Shown: positions 18,701 to 27,646 of the stretch, one piece after another
How positions within the stretch are numbered: the first letter of the stretch is position 1
Layout: the number at the start of each line of letters is the position of its first letter
DNA from: an uncultured Planctomycetia bacterium
GTDB lineage: Bacteria > Omnitrophota > Gorgyraeia > Duberdicusellales > 4484-171
DNA length: 64,000 nt
Assembly (NCBI GenBank): GCA_964455085.1
Contig: CAYVYJ010000005.1
Span: forward strand, 21,239 to 85,238
Reading direction: 5' to 3'
Program-made: the position numbers and the translations under genes
Notes under the pieces: generated by a model
What the model saw: the letters and a program-made list of their open reading frames with translations, nothing else
The model's database searches: none
What the model was told of the DNA's origin: nothing

Positions 18701-19041
18701 CCTCTTAACTCCCGAATTTTAGTAATATCAAAAGTACCATATTTCTCATATATCCTCATGGCAATAGCAACTAGTAAGGCAGTAGTAGCCAGACCAATAA
18801 CAATAGCCGTGAGCACCAAAGCATGGGGCAGGGGATCAACCATATTAGAGGCAGAAATATCTCCTTGGGGAGAAAATATCGGCGCTCTACCTTTGATACG
18901 ATAAGCTACCAAGATAAAAAACAAATTAGCGGCATACTCAGATATGATCACCCCGACAATAATCTTAATTATATTACGCTTCCTTAAAATACAATAAAGA
19001 CCGACACAAAAAAGCCCTAAACAAAGTAAATATACAATCAT
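18697..19041 (-). CDS. mrpC: Mrp antiporter subunit C (MbhG-like)
   Basis: NIIKIIVG, DPLPHALVLTAIVIG, YGTFD. Confidence 0.92.
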   Translation of the reverse strand: MIVYLLCLGLFCVGLYCILRKRNIIKIIVGVIISEYAANLFFILVAYRIKGRAPIFSPQGDISASNMVDPLPHALVLTAIVIGLATTALLVAIAMRIYEKYGTFDITKIRELRG

Positions 19042-19490
19042 TCTTTCTTCTCCGGTTCTAGCTTTAACAAAACTAAAGCAACGAATATTGCAAAAAGCCC
19101 GGCGCCGACCTTAAGGCATATCGCTATATTACAAAGAGGGATTATGCCGGCCGAGAATAAACTAAAAACTTTGCCCTTAGCTATGAAATTTAAGAAAAAA
19201 TAACCCCCAGTAAATCCAAGCAGAGCTATGGTCAAAAATAATAAGGCACCGGTGCTTTCAAAAAACGAGACTGCTTTCTTTGGTAAACGCTTAAAAACTA
19301 CCTCTTTACCGTAAGCAAGCATAAGATGAATAAAAGAAAGAGCAATAATAACCCCTCCAGCAAACCCTCCTCCCGGTGATAGATGACCATGGGTAACTAT
19401 ATAAATACCATAAAGAAGTATTAACCCCACCGTAAGACGAGTAATTGTTTTAACAATAACTGACATGCCTTTTTCGTGTTCTCTACTCAT
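19038..19490 (-). CDS. mrpB: Mrp antiporter subunit B (MbhF-like)
   Basis: HGHLSPGGGFAGG; start at ATG 19490. Confidence 0.9.
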   Translation of the reverse strand: MSREHEKGMSVIVKTITRLTVGLILLYGIYIVTHGHLSPGGGFAGGVIIALSFIHLMLAYGKEVVFKRLPKKAVSFFESTGALLFLTIALLGFTGGYFFLNFIAKGKVFSLFSAGIIPLCNIAICLKVGAGLFAIFVALVLLKLEPEKKE

Positions 19491-20031
19491 CTTCTTCCTC
19501 TGGCGCCTCCCCCGGTCTCCTCCTGCCGATTCTGCGCACAATAGCTAAAACACCAATTACAGCAGTGAACAATATCGTAGCCTCCCCCAGGGTATCATAA
19601 GCTCTAAAATCCAATATCACTGAAGAAACAACATTAGCTGCCCCGGTTTGAGATAAGCCTTGGTTAAGATAAGCTCTTGCAACCTTCATAACGGGATATC
19701 CGAATTCCGGCAATTCCCTTAAAGCTTTGACCGATATAAACAAAAATACAGCAATAAAAGCTGTAACGATAAAAGTGTTCAGTAACCATCTCCCGGTTGT
19801 TGAAAAAGGAATATCTTTTCTCAAAGTAGCTCTAATCAAAATAATCAAACACAATATCTCAACAACCAGCTGGGTAATGGCTACATCCGGTGCTTTAAGT
19901 ATTAAAAAGACTATGGAAAGCCCTAAACCTACAGCTCCCACAGCTATTACTGAGGAAAGAAGATCCTTTAACTCAGTGGCAACAATTGCCCCAACAATCA
20001 TAAATATTAGTAAAATATATAACTCAAACAT
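19483..20031 (-). CDS. MrpA C-terminal-like subunit (DUF4040/MbhD + MbhE fusion)
   Basis: APDVAITQ and NVVSSVILDFRAYDTLGEA motifs. Confidence 0.88.
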   Translation of the reverse strand: MFELYILLIFMIVGAIVATELKDLLSSVIAVGAVGLGLSIVFLILKAPDVAITQLVVEILCLIILIRATLRKDIPFSTTGRWLLNTFIVTAFIAVFLFISVKALRELPEFGYPVMKVARAYLNQGLSQTGAANVVSSVILDFRAYDTLGEATILFTAVIGVLAIVRRIGRRRPGEAPEEEDE

Positions 20032-20034
20032 TGT

Positions 20035-21690
20035 TTAGCCCCGTAAAATGTAAAAAATCATTATCATAGCTAAAAGACACCAAGCCAAATATGTAGGAAG
20101 TACGCCATTGTGAACGTAACGTAATATCCTGATAAAAACAAAAGTTACCCTTCTGCTTAAATCGTAAAGATCGAAAACTTTTTTCTCAGCTAATTTATAA
20201 ATGGCCTTTAAAATCCCTATTTCCTGGATTGTATTGTAAAACTCAGTTCCTGAAACCCGCATATCTAGGTGTCTTCTTAAATCCTCACCGCCTACAAAGC
20301 CTGCTGTTTCCCTTATTTTGGCAGCTTTGCCTAAAAGATAGATTACCATCCCAATTGCAATTCCCACAATTATTAATAACGTGGCTAAGCTTACGTTCCA
20401 GATACCAAGAAATTCTACCCCGCCCCCTAAACTGGGGAAAATAAACATCTTAAGCGGAATCTGATAGGCAAAAACTCCAAAAATAACACAGAGTGAGGCT
20501 AAGAAGACTTGAGGAAACCACATATTTGGTCCAACATCCTTTAGGACTTTACCAGCGATCCCTGACTCTGAAGACGGCTGGCCTAAAAATACAGCATGGA
20601 TTAATTTCATAAAACTAGCTAAAGTAAGGGCGCTACCAAACATAGCCGCGGTTAGCCAAATTACCCATAGGTATCCTCCGCTCTTGGCGGTTTCAATTAT
20701 GCCCTGATAAATCATCCACTTAGAAGCAAATCCATTAAAAGGTGGTACTCCTGATATAGCTAAGGACGCTAACAAGAAGGCTCCAAAAGTAATCGGCATA
20801 ACTTTAGCCAAACCACCTAATTTTTCTAAATCACTTGTTCCAGCTTTCTTTTCTACCGCCCCACCGCCCAAAAAGAGACAAGATTTATAAATAGTATTAT
20901 TGAGCATATGAAACAGGCCCCCAGCAATACCCAAGAGACTGCCGGTACCAATACCCAAAACCATATACCCCACCTGACTTACGGCATGATAACCTAAGAG
21001 TCGTTTTAGGTCATGTTGAATTAAGGCCATCATAACTGCCGCCACAATAGTAATACTACCTACCAGCATTAAAAAAGTATTCATACCTTTATCCATCTGA
21101 AAAATATTTAAAGACAATCTGACTAAGAAGTAAATACCCAGAAGCTTATCTAGAGAAGCTGGCAGAAAGGCAGCCACCGGAGTCGGCGCATCTTCGGCGG
21201 TATCAGGCACCCAGGTATGAAAAGGCATAGCGCCAGCTTTAGCAAAAGCACCGGCAGCCAGACAAAGATAAGCCCAGACAGCTATCTTACTATCTAAAGC
21301 AATGTTTAACGTATCCATCTGCGCTACTCCTGATAGCTTCCAAACCAAGGCTAAACCCAAAAGCATAAAAGCGTCAGTGCCACCGATTATTATAAAAGCC
21401 TTTTTTGCCGTAGCCGGAGTCTTATCGCTCTTACCAAAACTGATTAAAAGGTATAAGAGTAAACCTAAGAAACCCCAGAAGACCATAAACAAAATAAGAT
21501 TGTTAGAAAAGACAGCACCTAAGGAAACAATAAAGGTAAGCACTATATATAGGTAATAACGAAACAGTCCTTTGCTTCCACGCATAAAGCCTAATGAGTA
21601 GCTAACCGTAAGGATAGTGAATATCCCGATAAATATACCTACAAAACCGGAAAGTTTATCGATCTTAAATAACTCGCCTGCTAAGTTCAT
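20035..21690 (-). CDS. Second antiporter-like membrane subunit (NuoL/MrpA/HyfB-like)
   Basis: KAGAMPFHTWVPD, KRLLGYHAVSQVGY, FHMLNNTIYKSCLF, GVPPFNGFASKW, C-terminal HNG...YL. Confidence 0.88.
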   Translation of the reverse strand: MNLAGELFKIDKLSGFVGIFIGIFTILTVSYSLGFMRGSKGLFRYYLYIVLTFIVSLGAVFSNNLILFMVFWGFLGLLLYLLISFGKSDKTPATAKKAFIIIGGTDAFMLLGLALVWKLSGVAQMDTLNIALDSKIAVWAYLCLAAGAFAKAGAMPFHTWVPDTAEDAPTPVAAFLPASLDKLLGIYFLVRLSLNIFQMDKGMNTFLMLVGSITIVAAVMMALIQHDLKRLLGYHAVSQVGYMVLGIGTGSLLGIAGGLFHMLNNTIYKSCLFLGGGAVEKKAGTSDLEKLGGLAKVMPITFGAFLLASLAISGVPPFNGFASKWMIYQGIIETAKSGGYLWVIWLTAAMFGSALTLASFMKLIHAVFLGQPSSESGIAGKVLKDVGPNMWFPQVFLASLCVIFGVFAYQIPLKMFIFPSLGGGVEFLGIWNVSLATLLIIVGIAIGMVIYLLGKAAKIRETAGFVGGEDLRRHLDMRVSGTEFYNTIQEIGILKAIYKLAEKKVFDLYDLSRRVTFVFIRILRYVHNGVLPTYLAWCLLAMIMIFYILRG

Positions 21691-22871
21691 TTAATACCCA
21701 ATTTACTTTTTATCTTTGCGGTCTTCTCCTGAGAGAGCCGGATTAAGTCTTCTCCGCCATAGAGCTTCTTACCCCTGGTATCACGCACAGCCATCCTTTC
21801 GGTACAACAATAGCAAGGATCAATAGCGGCAAAAATTATCGTAGCATCAGCTATAGTCTGGCCAACAACAGTTGATTTATAAGTTGGTAGATTCATAAAG
21901 GTTGGTGCCCGTATCTTATGGCGAGCCGGCCGGTTAGTGCCGTCACTGACCAGATAATGAAAACACTCTCCTCGGGGAGCCTCAATCTGGCCGATTCCTT
22001 CTCCGGGAGGAATACTTTTAATATTCGCGTCAATATCACCTCCAGGCAGATTTAGGAGACAGTGTTTTATTATCTTTACTGACTCAAAAGTCTCTAAAAT
22101 CCTTACTACAGCTTTATCAAAAACATCACCGTTTGAGGTCACGATCATCTTCCAATCAACTTGATCATAAGCTCCGTAAGGGCAATCTTTTCTTAAGTCT
22201 TTGGCTACTCCTGAGGCCCGGGAAGTTGGCCCGAGAGCTGAATAATCTATGGCTTCTTCTTTAGTGAGAACACCGACCCTCTTGGTTCGGGCATGCAGGA
22301 CCGGATCGTCAATAACTGCCTTTTTAAGCATTGTCAATGTCGGTATAATTGAATCGATTTTCTTAATAACCCCGGGGATATCACTGGATTTTATATCTCT
22401 TCTTACCCCTCCTGGTTTAAACATAGCGTAATTATTTCTATTACCCGCTAAAACCTCCATTGCATCCAAGATCTCTTCTCTTAACTTCCAGGCCCACATA
22501 TAAACAGTATTGTAGCCTAAGAAGTGACCGGCTAAACCCAACCACAAAAGATGTGAGTGTATTCTCTCGCCCTCAGCAATTATGGTCCGAATATACTTAG
22601 CCCGCGGTGGTACTTCTATCGGTATCACATCCTCAACGGCCCGGGTATAAGCAAAAGGGTGACTGGTAGAGCAAATACCGCAGATTCTTTCGACAACAAA
22701 AGTAGATTGGTCAAAGGTCTTCATCTCAGAGAGTTTTTCAATACCCCGGTGATTATAACCAACCTCGACATCAACCCCTACGATTTTCTCACCTTCTACA
22801 GTAAGAGTGAAAAACTCCGGTTCTTCCTGCAGGGGATGATAAGGCCCTATCGGTACTATTGTTCTAGCCAT
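21687..22871 (-). CDS. Group 4 [NiFe]-hydrogenase large (catalytic) subunit
   Basis: GPYHP..EEP, GYNHRGIEK, L1 RICGIC, EAPRGE, RAPT, L2 DPCYCCTER followed by a C-terminal extension. Confidence 0.93.
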   Translation of the reverse strand: MARTIVPIGPYHPLQEEPEFFTLTVEGEKIVGVDVEVGYNHRGIEKLSEMKTFDQSTFVVERICGICSTSHPFAYTRAVEDVIPIEVPPRAKYIRTIIAEGERIHSHLLWLGLAGHFLGYNTVYMWAWKLREEILDAMEVLAGNRNNYAMFKPGGVRRDIKSSDIPGVIKKIDSIIPTLTMLKKAVIDDPVLHARTKRVGVLTKEEAIDYSALGPTSRASGVAKDLRKDCPYGAYDQVDWKMIVTSNGDVFDKAVVRILETFESVKIIKHCLLNLPGGDIDANIKSIPPGEGIGQIEAPRGECFHYLVSDGTNRPARHKIRAPTFMNLPTYKSTVVGQTIADATIIFAAIDPCYCCTERMAVRDTRGKKLYGGEDLIRLSQEKTAKIKSKLGIK

Positions 22872-23344
22872 TACACTCCTCTATCCCTAATTGCATTCTT
22901 ATCCCACTCTTGATAATCCCGACGCAAAGGATACACGCCTTCCGGCCAATCATCAGGCAAAAGCAGCCTTTTTAAGTCCGGATGACCCTTAAATTTTATC
23001 CCTAACATCTCGTAAATTTCTCGTTCAATCCAATTAGCAGCTTTAAATATCGGAGCAAGAGAAGCAATTTCCAGTTTACTTTTATCAAGTTTTATTCGTA
23101 AAGAAAGTACGAAATTCATAGCATCAAAGGTAAAGTGATAGAGAATCTCCATGTGCGAACGGGCATCTAGACCCGAGGCGATGCTAAACCTGGCTCCTAA
23201 GTCTTTAAAGGTATAGCTGGCTATTTTAGTTAAAGCAGCAGGTTTAATCTCCAGATATACCCGTTTAGAAGATTTATCGTTAAGCTCAATAATATCTTCC
23301 TTAAATCTTTGGCTTATGTTCTTTAAAACCGCGTCTTTATCCAT
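22871..23344 (-). CDS. NuoC/MbhK-like subunit
   Basis: YHF, ANWIEREIYEMLGI.F.GHPDLKRLLLPDDWP.G.YPLR. Confidence 0.92.
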   Translation of the reverse strand: MDKDAVLKNISQRFKEDIIELNDKSSKRVYLEIKPAALTKIASYTFKDLGARFSIASGLDARSHMEILYHFTFDAMNFVLSLRIKLDKSKLEIASLAPIFKAANWIEREIYEMLGIKFKGHPDLKRLLLPDDWPEGVYPLRRDYQEWDKNAIRDRGV

Positions 23345-23784
23345 TATTTACCCTTTTCTTCAATCGTGCTTTCAACCTTTCCGATCAGCTTAACTACACC
23401 GGCAATAATTGCTTCTGGTTTAGGTGGACAACCAGGGATGTAAACATCAACAGGAATAATCTTATCCACCGGAACCGGACAATTATAACTGTGAATGAAC
23501 ATCCCCCGGGACAAAGAGCACTCTCCGATTGCCACCACCAGACAAGGCTTAGGTATCTGCTCATATAACCTCTTCACCCTCTCCATTGACTTTCGGTTAG
23601 CTGAACCAGTAACTAAAAGAACGTCAGCGTGTCTTATGCTCCCGGCTAAAATCATTCCAAATCTTTCAATATCAAACCGGGGAGTAAGACAATCCAATAT
23701 CTCAATATCACAATTATTACAGCTTCCAGTAGCAAGATGGAAGACCCAAGGTGATTTTAATAGTGCTTTTAATTTTAGGCTCAT
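23344..23784 (-). CDS. Group 4 hydrogenase small subunit (NuoB/MbhJ-like)
   Basis: GSCNNCDIE, RHADVLLVTG, AIGEC, VDVYIPGCPPKPEA. Confidence 0.93.
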   Translation of the reverse strand: MSLKLKALLKSPWVFHLATGSCNNCDIEILDCLTPRFDIERFGMILAGSIRHADVLLVTGSANRKSMERVKRLYEQIPKPCLVVAIGECSLSRGMFIHSYNCPVPVDKIIPVDVYIPGCPPKPEAIIAGVVKLIGKVESTIEEKGK

Positions 23785-23785
23785 T

Positions 23786-24709
23786 TTACTTTCCGTTTAA
23801 GGCTAAAATCACCGCTAACCCAGCAATTATAGTCATTGGACCCCAAAAGAACCGCATTGCTTGACCAATTTTTACCCGCGGGTTAGTATTTCTAATAACT
23901 GTTATCAGTGCTACTAATCCCAGGTACTTTAAGGCTCCCAGAATTAAACCTATCCCAGTGAATTTTAAACCGCCCATAAGAAGAATCATTATGAAAAAAG
24001 GTAAGACAAATAAAAGCATATTTTTAGTAAGTCGATAGAGGGCTAAGGCGGTACCGGAATACTCGATTAAAGGTCCGCCGATTATCTCGGTCTCAGCCTC
24101 TGGGATATCAAAAGGGACTAAAGCTAACTTTGCCTGCATACAAATTATAAGAACAATAAACGCCAATACCCCGGATAGATTCCCCAAGATTACTCCCTGT
24201 TGAGCTTGAAAAGTTATAATCTGGCCTAAACTTAAAGAATAATTGGATTTTATAACCGGGACTAATATTGCTAAAACAAAGGGAAGCTCATAGCTTAAGA
24301 TCAGCTTCATCTCCCGCGATGCCCCGATACTTGCTAAGGGATTACGCGAAGCAAAACCACCCAGAATAATGCTCATCGAAGGGATGGTTAATAAATACAA
24401 TACTACAATCAAATCTCCCAAAAAGCTCTTATCCGGCCAAATATTGTTTAACCAAAGAAGAGTCGATACTAAAATTACACTGGCAAAACCAATAACTGGA
24501 GCAATTAAAAAAGTTAACTTTGACGAACCAACCGGTACCAGAGTCTCCTTACCAAGAAGTTTTACGATATCGATCAATGGCTGCAACAGAGGCGGACCAA
24601 CTCGATATTGAATCCGGGCAGTGACCTTCCGGTCGACCCAACTAGCTAAAAGCCCGATAATGACCGTTGATGCAAACCCCAGCACTATAAAATAAAATAA
24701 GTAGATCAT
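23786..24709 (-). CDS. NuoH/HycD/MbhM-like membrane anchor
   Basis: DRKVTARIQYRVGPP..QP..D..KL..KE, GASRE, PFDIPEAETE, EYSG. Confidence 0.92.
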   Translation of the reverse strand: MIYLFYFIVLGFASTVIIGLLASWVDRKVTARIQYRVGPPLLQPLIDIVKLLGKETLVPVGSSKLTFLIAPVIGFASVILVSTLLWLNNIWPDKSFLGDLIVVLYLLTIPSMSIILGGFASRNPLASIGASREMKLILSYELPFVLAILVPVIKSNYSLSLGQIITFQAQQGVILGNLSGVLAFIVLIICMQAKLALVPFDIPEAETEIIGGPLIEYSGTALALYRLTKNMLLFVLPFFIMILLMGGLKFTGIGLILGALKYLGLVALITVIRNTNPRVKIGQAMRFFWGPMTIIAGLAVILALNGK

Positions 24710-25272
24710 GCTTTTTCTCTATCCCAGTGGGTTGAATGGACAATTAGATTCTCTCCCACTAAGAAGGTATTTGAATCAAGCTCAACGTCGCCTGGTTTTA
24801 AACTTAAGGCACCGTAGCTGCAAGTCTTTATACATAAAGGTTCCTGGTCAAGATCCCTGCGATCTAAACAAAAGTCACAATTATGGATTAAGTAAGGGAC
24901 GTTTTCAGGATATATCGATCCATAAGGACAGGCATGAGAACAGGATTTACAACTTACACAACGCATATTATGCCGGATGAGAAGCTTATCTTTATCTTGC
25001 TGTTGTTCTAAGGCTTCAAAGGGACAGGCTCCGACACAATGCGGTTCTTCGCAGCGGCGGCAGACTAAAGCATAGGTGGCTAGCTCAGCTACCGAGATAA
25101 TACCGTTGTTGCCGGGATCTTGAGGATGATAAAAATAACTGCACTCAATCAAACAATCCTTACATTGGCCAGAAGCGCAGACGTCCAGATCAATAAATAG
25201 CCGCCTGTCTCTTCCTCTCCCAGCTTTTAAATTTAATTTACCTTGGTGTAGTTGTTCAGCGCTTGAGCTCAT
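24706..25272 (-). CDS. Multi-[4Fe-4S] electron transfer protein (HycB/HydN-like)
   Basis: CRRCEEPHCVGACP, CVSCKSCSHACPYG, CDFC, PLCIKTC. Confidence 0.85.
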   Translation of the reverse strand: MSSSAEQLHQGKLNLKAGRGRDRRLFIDLDVCASGQCKDCLIECSYFYHPQDPGNNGIISVAELATYALVCRRCEEPHCVGACPFEALEQQQDKDKLLIRHNMRCVSCKSCSHACPYGSIYPENVPYLIHNCDFCLDRRDLDQEPLCIKTCSYGALSLKPGDVELDSNTFLVGENLIVHSTHWDREKA

Positions 25273-25273
25273 T

Positions 25274-26098
25274 TTAGTCCCAAATTTCGTGAAAATCTTT
25301 TATCTTATCGTAAGTAAAGACCGGACCGTCTTTGCAAGCATAGTAAGTCCCAATCCGGCAATGCCCGCACTTACCAATACCACAAGACATGTTCTTCTCC
25401 ATTGAAAGGTAAATATTCTCATCCTTAAACCCTGATTCCAAGAGCTTAAAAGTAACGAATTTCATCATTATCGGCGGTCCGCAAACCACAGCAACTCCTC
25501 TTTCACAGTCCATGGCTAAACCATCCAGAATTGTGGTTACCAGTCCCACATGGCCCTTCCACTTCTCATCACCCTTATCTACGGTAAGCCTTAAATCTAA
25601 ATCGTCTCGCTTTGCCCAATCGCTGACTTCACGCTTATAAACCAACTCCTGAGGGTTTCGACAACCACCTCGAAACAATAGTTTTTTAATTTCCCCTCTT
25701 ATTGTAAAAAGAGTATAGATAAGACTGCGTAAAGGAGCAAAACCAACCCCACCACCAATAACCAAAACTTCCCGGTCTTTAAACTTATCCAGTGGGTAAC
25801 CCAGACCTAAGGGACCTCTTACTCCGATAGAGGTGCCTTTCTTAAGTTCATGAATCTTATCGGTAACCTTACCAACCTTCATTACAGTTATTTCCATCGT
25901 ATCCTTTACTGATGGCTTTGAAGAGGGAGTAAAAGGGGCTTCTCCTACGCCAGGGATAGTCACTTCGATGAATTGACCAGTAGAAAAGCTTAGCGCTTCT
26001 TTAGGTTTAAATTTTATAGTCTTTATGGTCGGTGTCTCATCAATAACCTCAAGAACCTTAGCTTCGATCGAACGATAAGGATTTTTACATTTAGACAT
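25274..26098 (-). CDS. FAD/NAD(P)-binding [2Fe-2S] subunit (AsrB / sulfhydrogenase gamma-like)
   Basis: GQF...PGVGEAP, RGPLG, GGGVGFAPLRS, CGPPIMMK, MSCGIGKCGHC...CKDGPVF. Confidence 0.9.
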   Translation of the reverse strand: MSKCKNPYRSIEAKVLEVIDETPTIKTIKFKPKEALSFSTGQFIEVTIPGVGEAPFTPSSKPSVKDTMEITVMKVGKVTDKIHELKKGTSIGVRGPLGLGYPLDKFKDREVLVIGGGVGFAPLRSLIYTLFTIRGEIKKLLFRGGCRNPQELVYKREVSDWAKRDDLDLRLTVDKGDEKWKGHVGLVTTILDGLAMDCERGVAVVCGPPIMMKFVTFKLLESGFKDENIYLSMEKNMSCGIGKCGHCRIGTYYACKDGPVFTYDKIKDFHEIWD

Positions 26099-27131
26099 CG
26101 GATACCAATTTATTTAATACTTTTCTAATATCGATCTTTGCCGGACAAGCCGAAATACAGCGGCCGCAACCAGTACAAGCATAAATGCCGGCAACTTTGG
26201 GAAAAAAATCAAATTTTTTCTCAAATCTGTTCCGCAACCGCATCCAGAGCTTCTCCCGGGGATTAGCTCCTCCGGCAACCCGGGCAAAATCTTTTATCAT
26301 ACATGAATCCCAGATTCGCAGCCGAGCCATACGCTGTTGATCTTTTTGGTCATAAAGAAGAAAACAGTGACAAGTAGGACATATGGTATTACAAGCTCCA
26401 CACTCAAGGCAAGTTTTAGCCTCATCAGCCCAGATACTAGAATCATATTTCTTTTCAATAATGCCCTCAAAAGCCTCTTGGTTGGATAAACTATTATCTT
26501 TAATATTTTTATCGACCATATTTTTAATTGCAAGCCGCTGTTGGTCTCTCTGGGCAATAAGCTGGCTACTACCAGCTTCAAAGAATGAAGAATTTTTAGC
26601 TATGAGCTCACGGCCCTTTTCGGAACCAGATTCGATAATAAAACCACCTTTGACTTCTGAAAGATTAAGGTCAAAATCACCTTGAGGATAAGGCATCAAA
26701 CCTAAAGCCAGACAAAAACAAGTATCAATTACACAAGTGCAATCTGCGGCAATAATAAGGTTCCTCTTCCGGGCGGTAAAGTAGAAAGGATCTTGACACT
26801 CCTGCTCATCTCCTGAAGAAGCGGAAAATACGTAATCTTGAACCTTAAAGCCTTTTAAATCGCAAGCCTTAGCTCCGACAATCGCTAACGGCTTGCCCTT
26901 AGTTTGAGGAAGCTGGTCCTTAAAATCTTCAGCTACTACTTCTCGAGCCCGGTAAAAGAATGATTTTAAAGGCTCATAAGCCCTTACTTCTCCGATAGTG
27001 ATATCCGCATCAGAACCCTCATATTTTTTATAGAAACGCTGCTGACCCTTTTTTATCGGCAGATAGACAGAATAGTCTTGGCTTAAATTATCTAAAAACT
27101 TAGCAAAATTACCTAAGGAGATATAATTCAT
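26091..27131 (-). CDS. [4Fe-4S] subunit (AsrA / sulfhydrogenase beta-like)
   Basis: KACDL, D.FY...R, C....TCFC, CLECGACNTICPTCHCF, R.WDSC....F..VAGG.NPR, CTGCGRCISACP. Confidence 0.9.
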   Translation of the reverse strand: MNYISLGNFAKFLDNLSQDYSVYLPIKKGQQRFYKKYEGSDADITIGEVRAYEPLKSFFYRAREVVAEDFKDQLPQTKGKPLAIVGAKACDLKGFKVQDYVFSASSGDEQECQDPFYFTARKRNLIIAADCTCVIDTCFCLALGLMPYPQGDFDLNLSEVKGGFIIESGSEKGRELIAKNSSFFEAGSSQLIAQRDQQRLAIKNMVDKNIKDNSLSNQEAFEGIIEKKYDSSIWADEAKTCLECGACNTICPTCHCFLLYDQKDQQRMARLRIWDSCMIKDFARVAGGANPREKLWMRLRNRFEKKFDFFPKVAGIYACTGCGRCISACPAKIDIRKVLNKLVSDV

Positions 27132-27189
27132 CCTAATTAAATTTTAAATTGTTAATAGTGGAAAGCTTCTCAAGAAAAACCATATTACT

Positions 27190-27207
27190 TTGTGAATAAA
27201 ATCACAA
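27190..27207. promoter_or_regulatory. Rex operator
   Basis: TTGTGAA-TAAA-ATCACAA, one mismatch to TTGTGAA-N4-TTCACAA; just downstream of the promoter of the operon that contains rex. Confidence 0.85.
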
Positions 27208-27219
27208 TCGTAATAAATA

Positions 27220-27248
27220 ATCGTACCATACAAGAATAAGCTTGTCAA
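27220..27248 (-). promoter_or_regulatory. Sigma70 promoter of the hydrogenase operon
   Basis: TTGACA (27248-27243), 17 bp spacer ending TGG, TACGAT (27225-27220; extended -10). Confidence 0.75.
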
Positions 27249-27301
27249 ACAATTTTTATTAATTAATCAAGCTGACTACTAAAAATATACAGATTGGGGA
27301 T

Positions 27302-27613
27302 TTAAGCTCTAGTAACTTTCGCGGAACACCTTCTGGCGTCCAGATAACTATTAAGGGTAGGATTAATTTTACTCAACAACAACACTACCCCCCACAATAA
27401 GATTGTGGCAATAGTGATAACTACCCCTAGCAATAAGTCATCGAGGATTTTCCCGGAAATAGGCAATAACTCCCCGTTCCAAAGATGGTCGATTACTCCA
27501 AATAAGGCACCACCGTAAAACATCAGAGTTAACCAACCGGTTTTTATGTTCTTAGTTCTCCTCCAAACCAACGAGGTAACTATTGCTCCGGCTACCGGCA
27601 CTGCATAACACAT
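27302..27613 (-). CDS. Small hypothetical membrane protein (about 3 TM) beginning MCYAVP
   Basis: Strong RBS (AGGAGGTGGAG), hydrophobic segments, IDHLWNGE motif. Confidence 0.65.
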   Translation of the reverse strand: MCYAVPVAGAIVTSLVWRRTKNIKTGWLTLMFYGGALFGVIDHLWNGELLPISGKILDDLLLGVVITIATILLWGVVLLLSKINPTLNSYLDARRCSAKVTRA

Positions 27614-27646
27614 CTACTCCACCTCCTTCTTATTTAAAAACAACCG

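Noticed and set aside
21687-24709. Complex I (nuo) or cofactor-less MBS/Ehr complex
   Set aside because: The large subunit keeps both CxxC nickel motifs and a cleavable tail, and hycI/hypA are adjacent.
25274-27131. Anaerobic sulfite reductase
   Set aside because: No siroheme AsrC subunit in the window; the genes lead directly into hydrogenase subunits.
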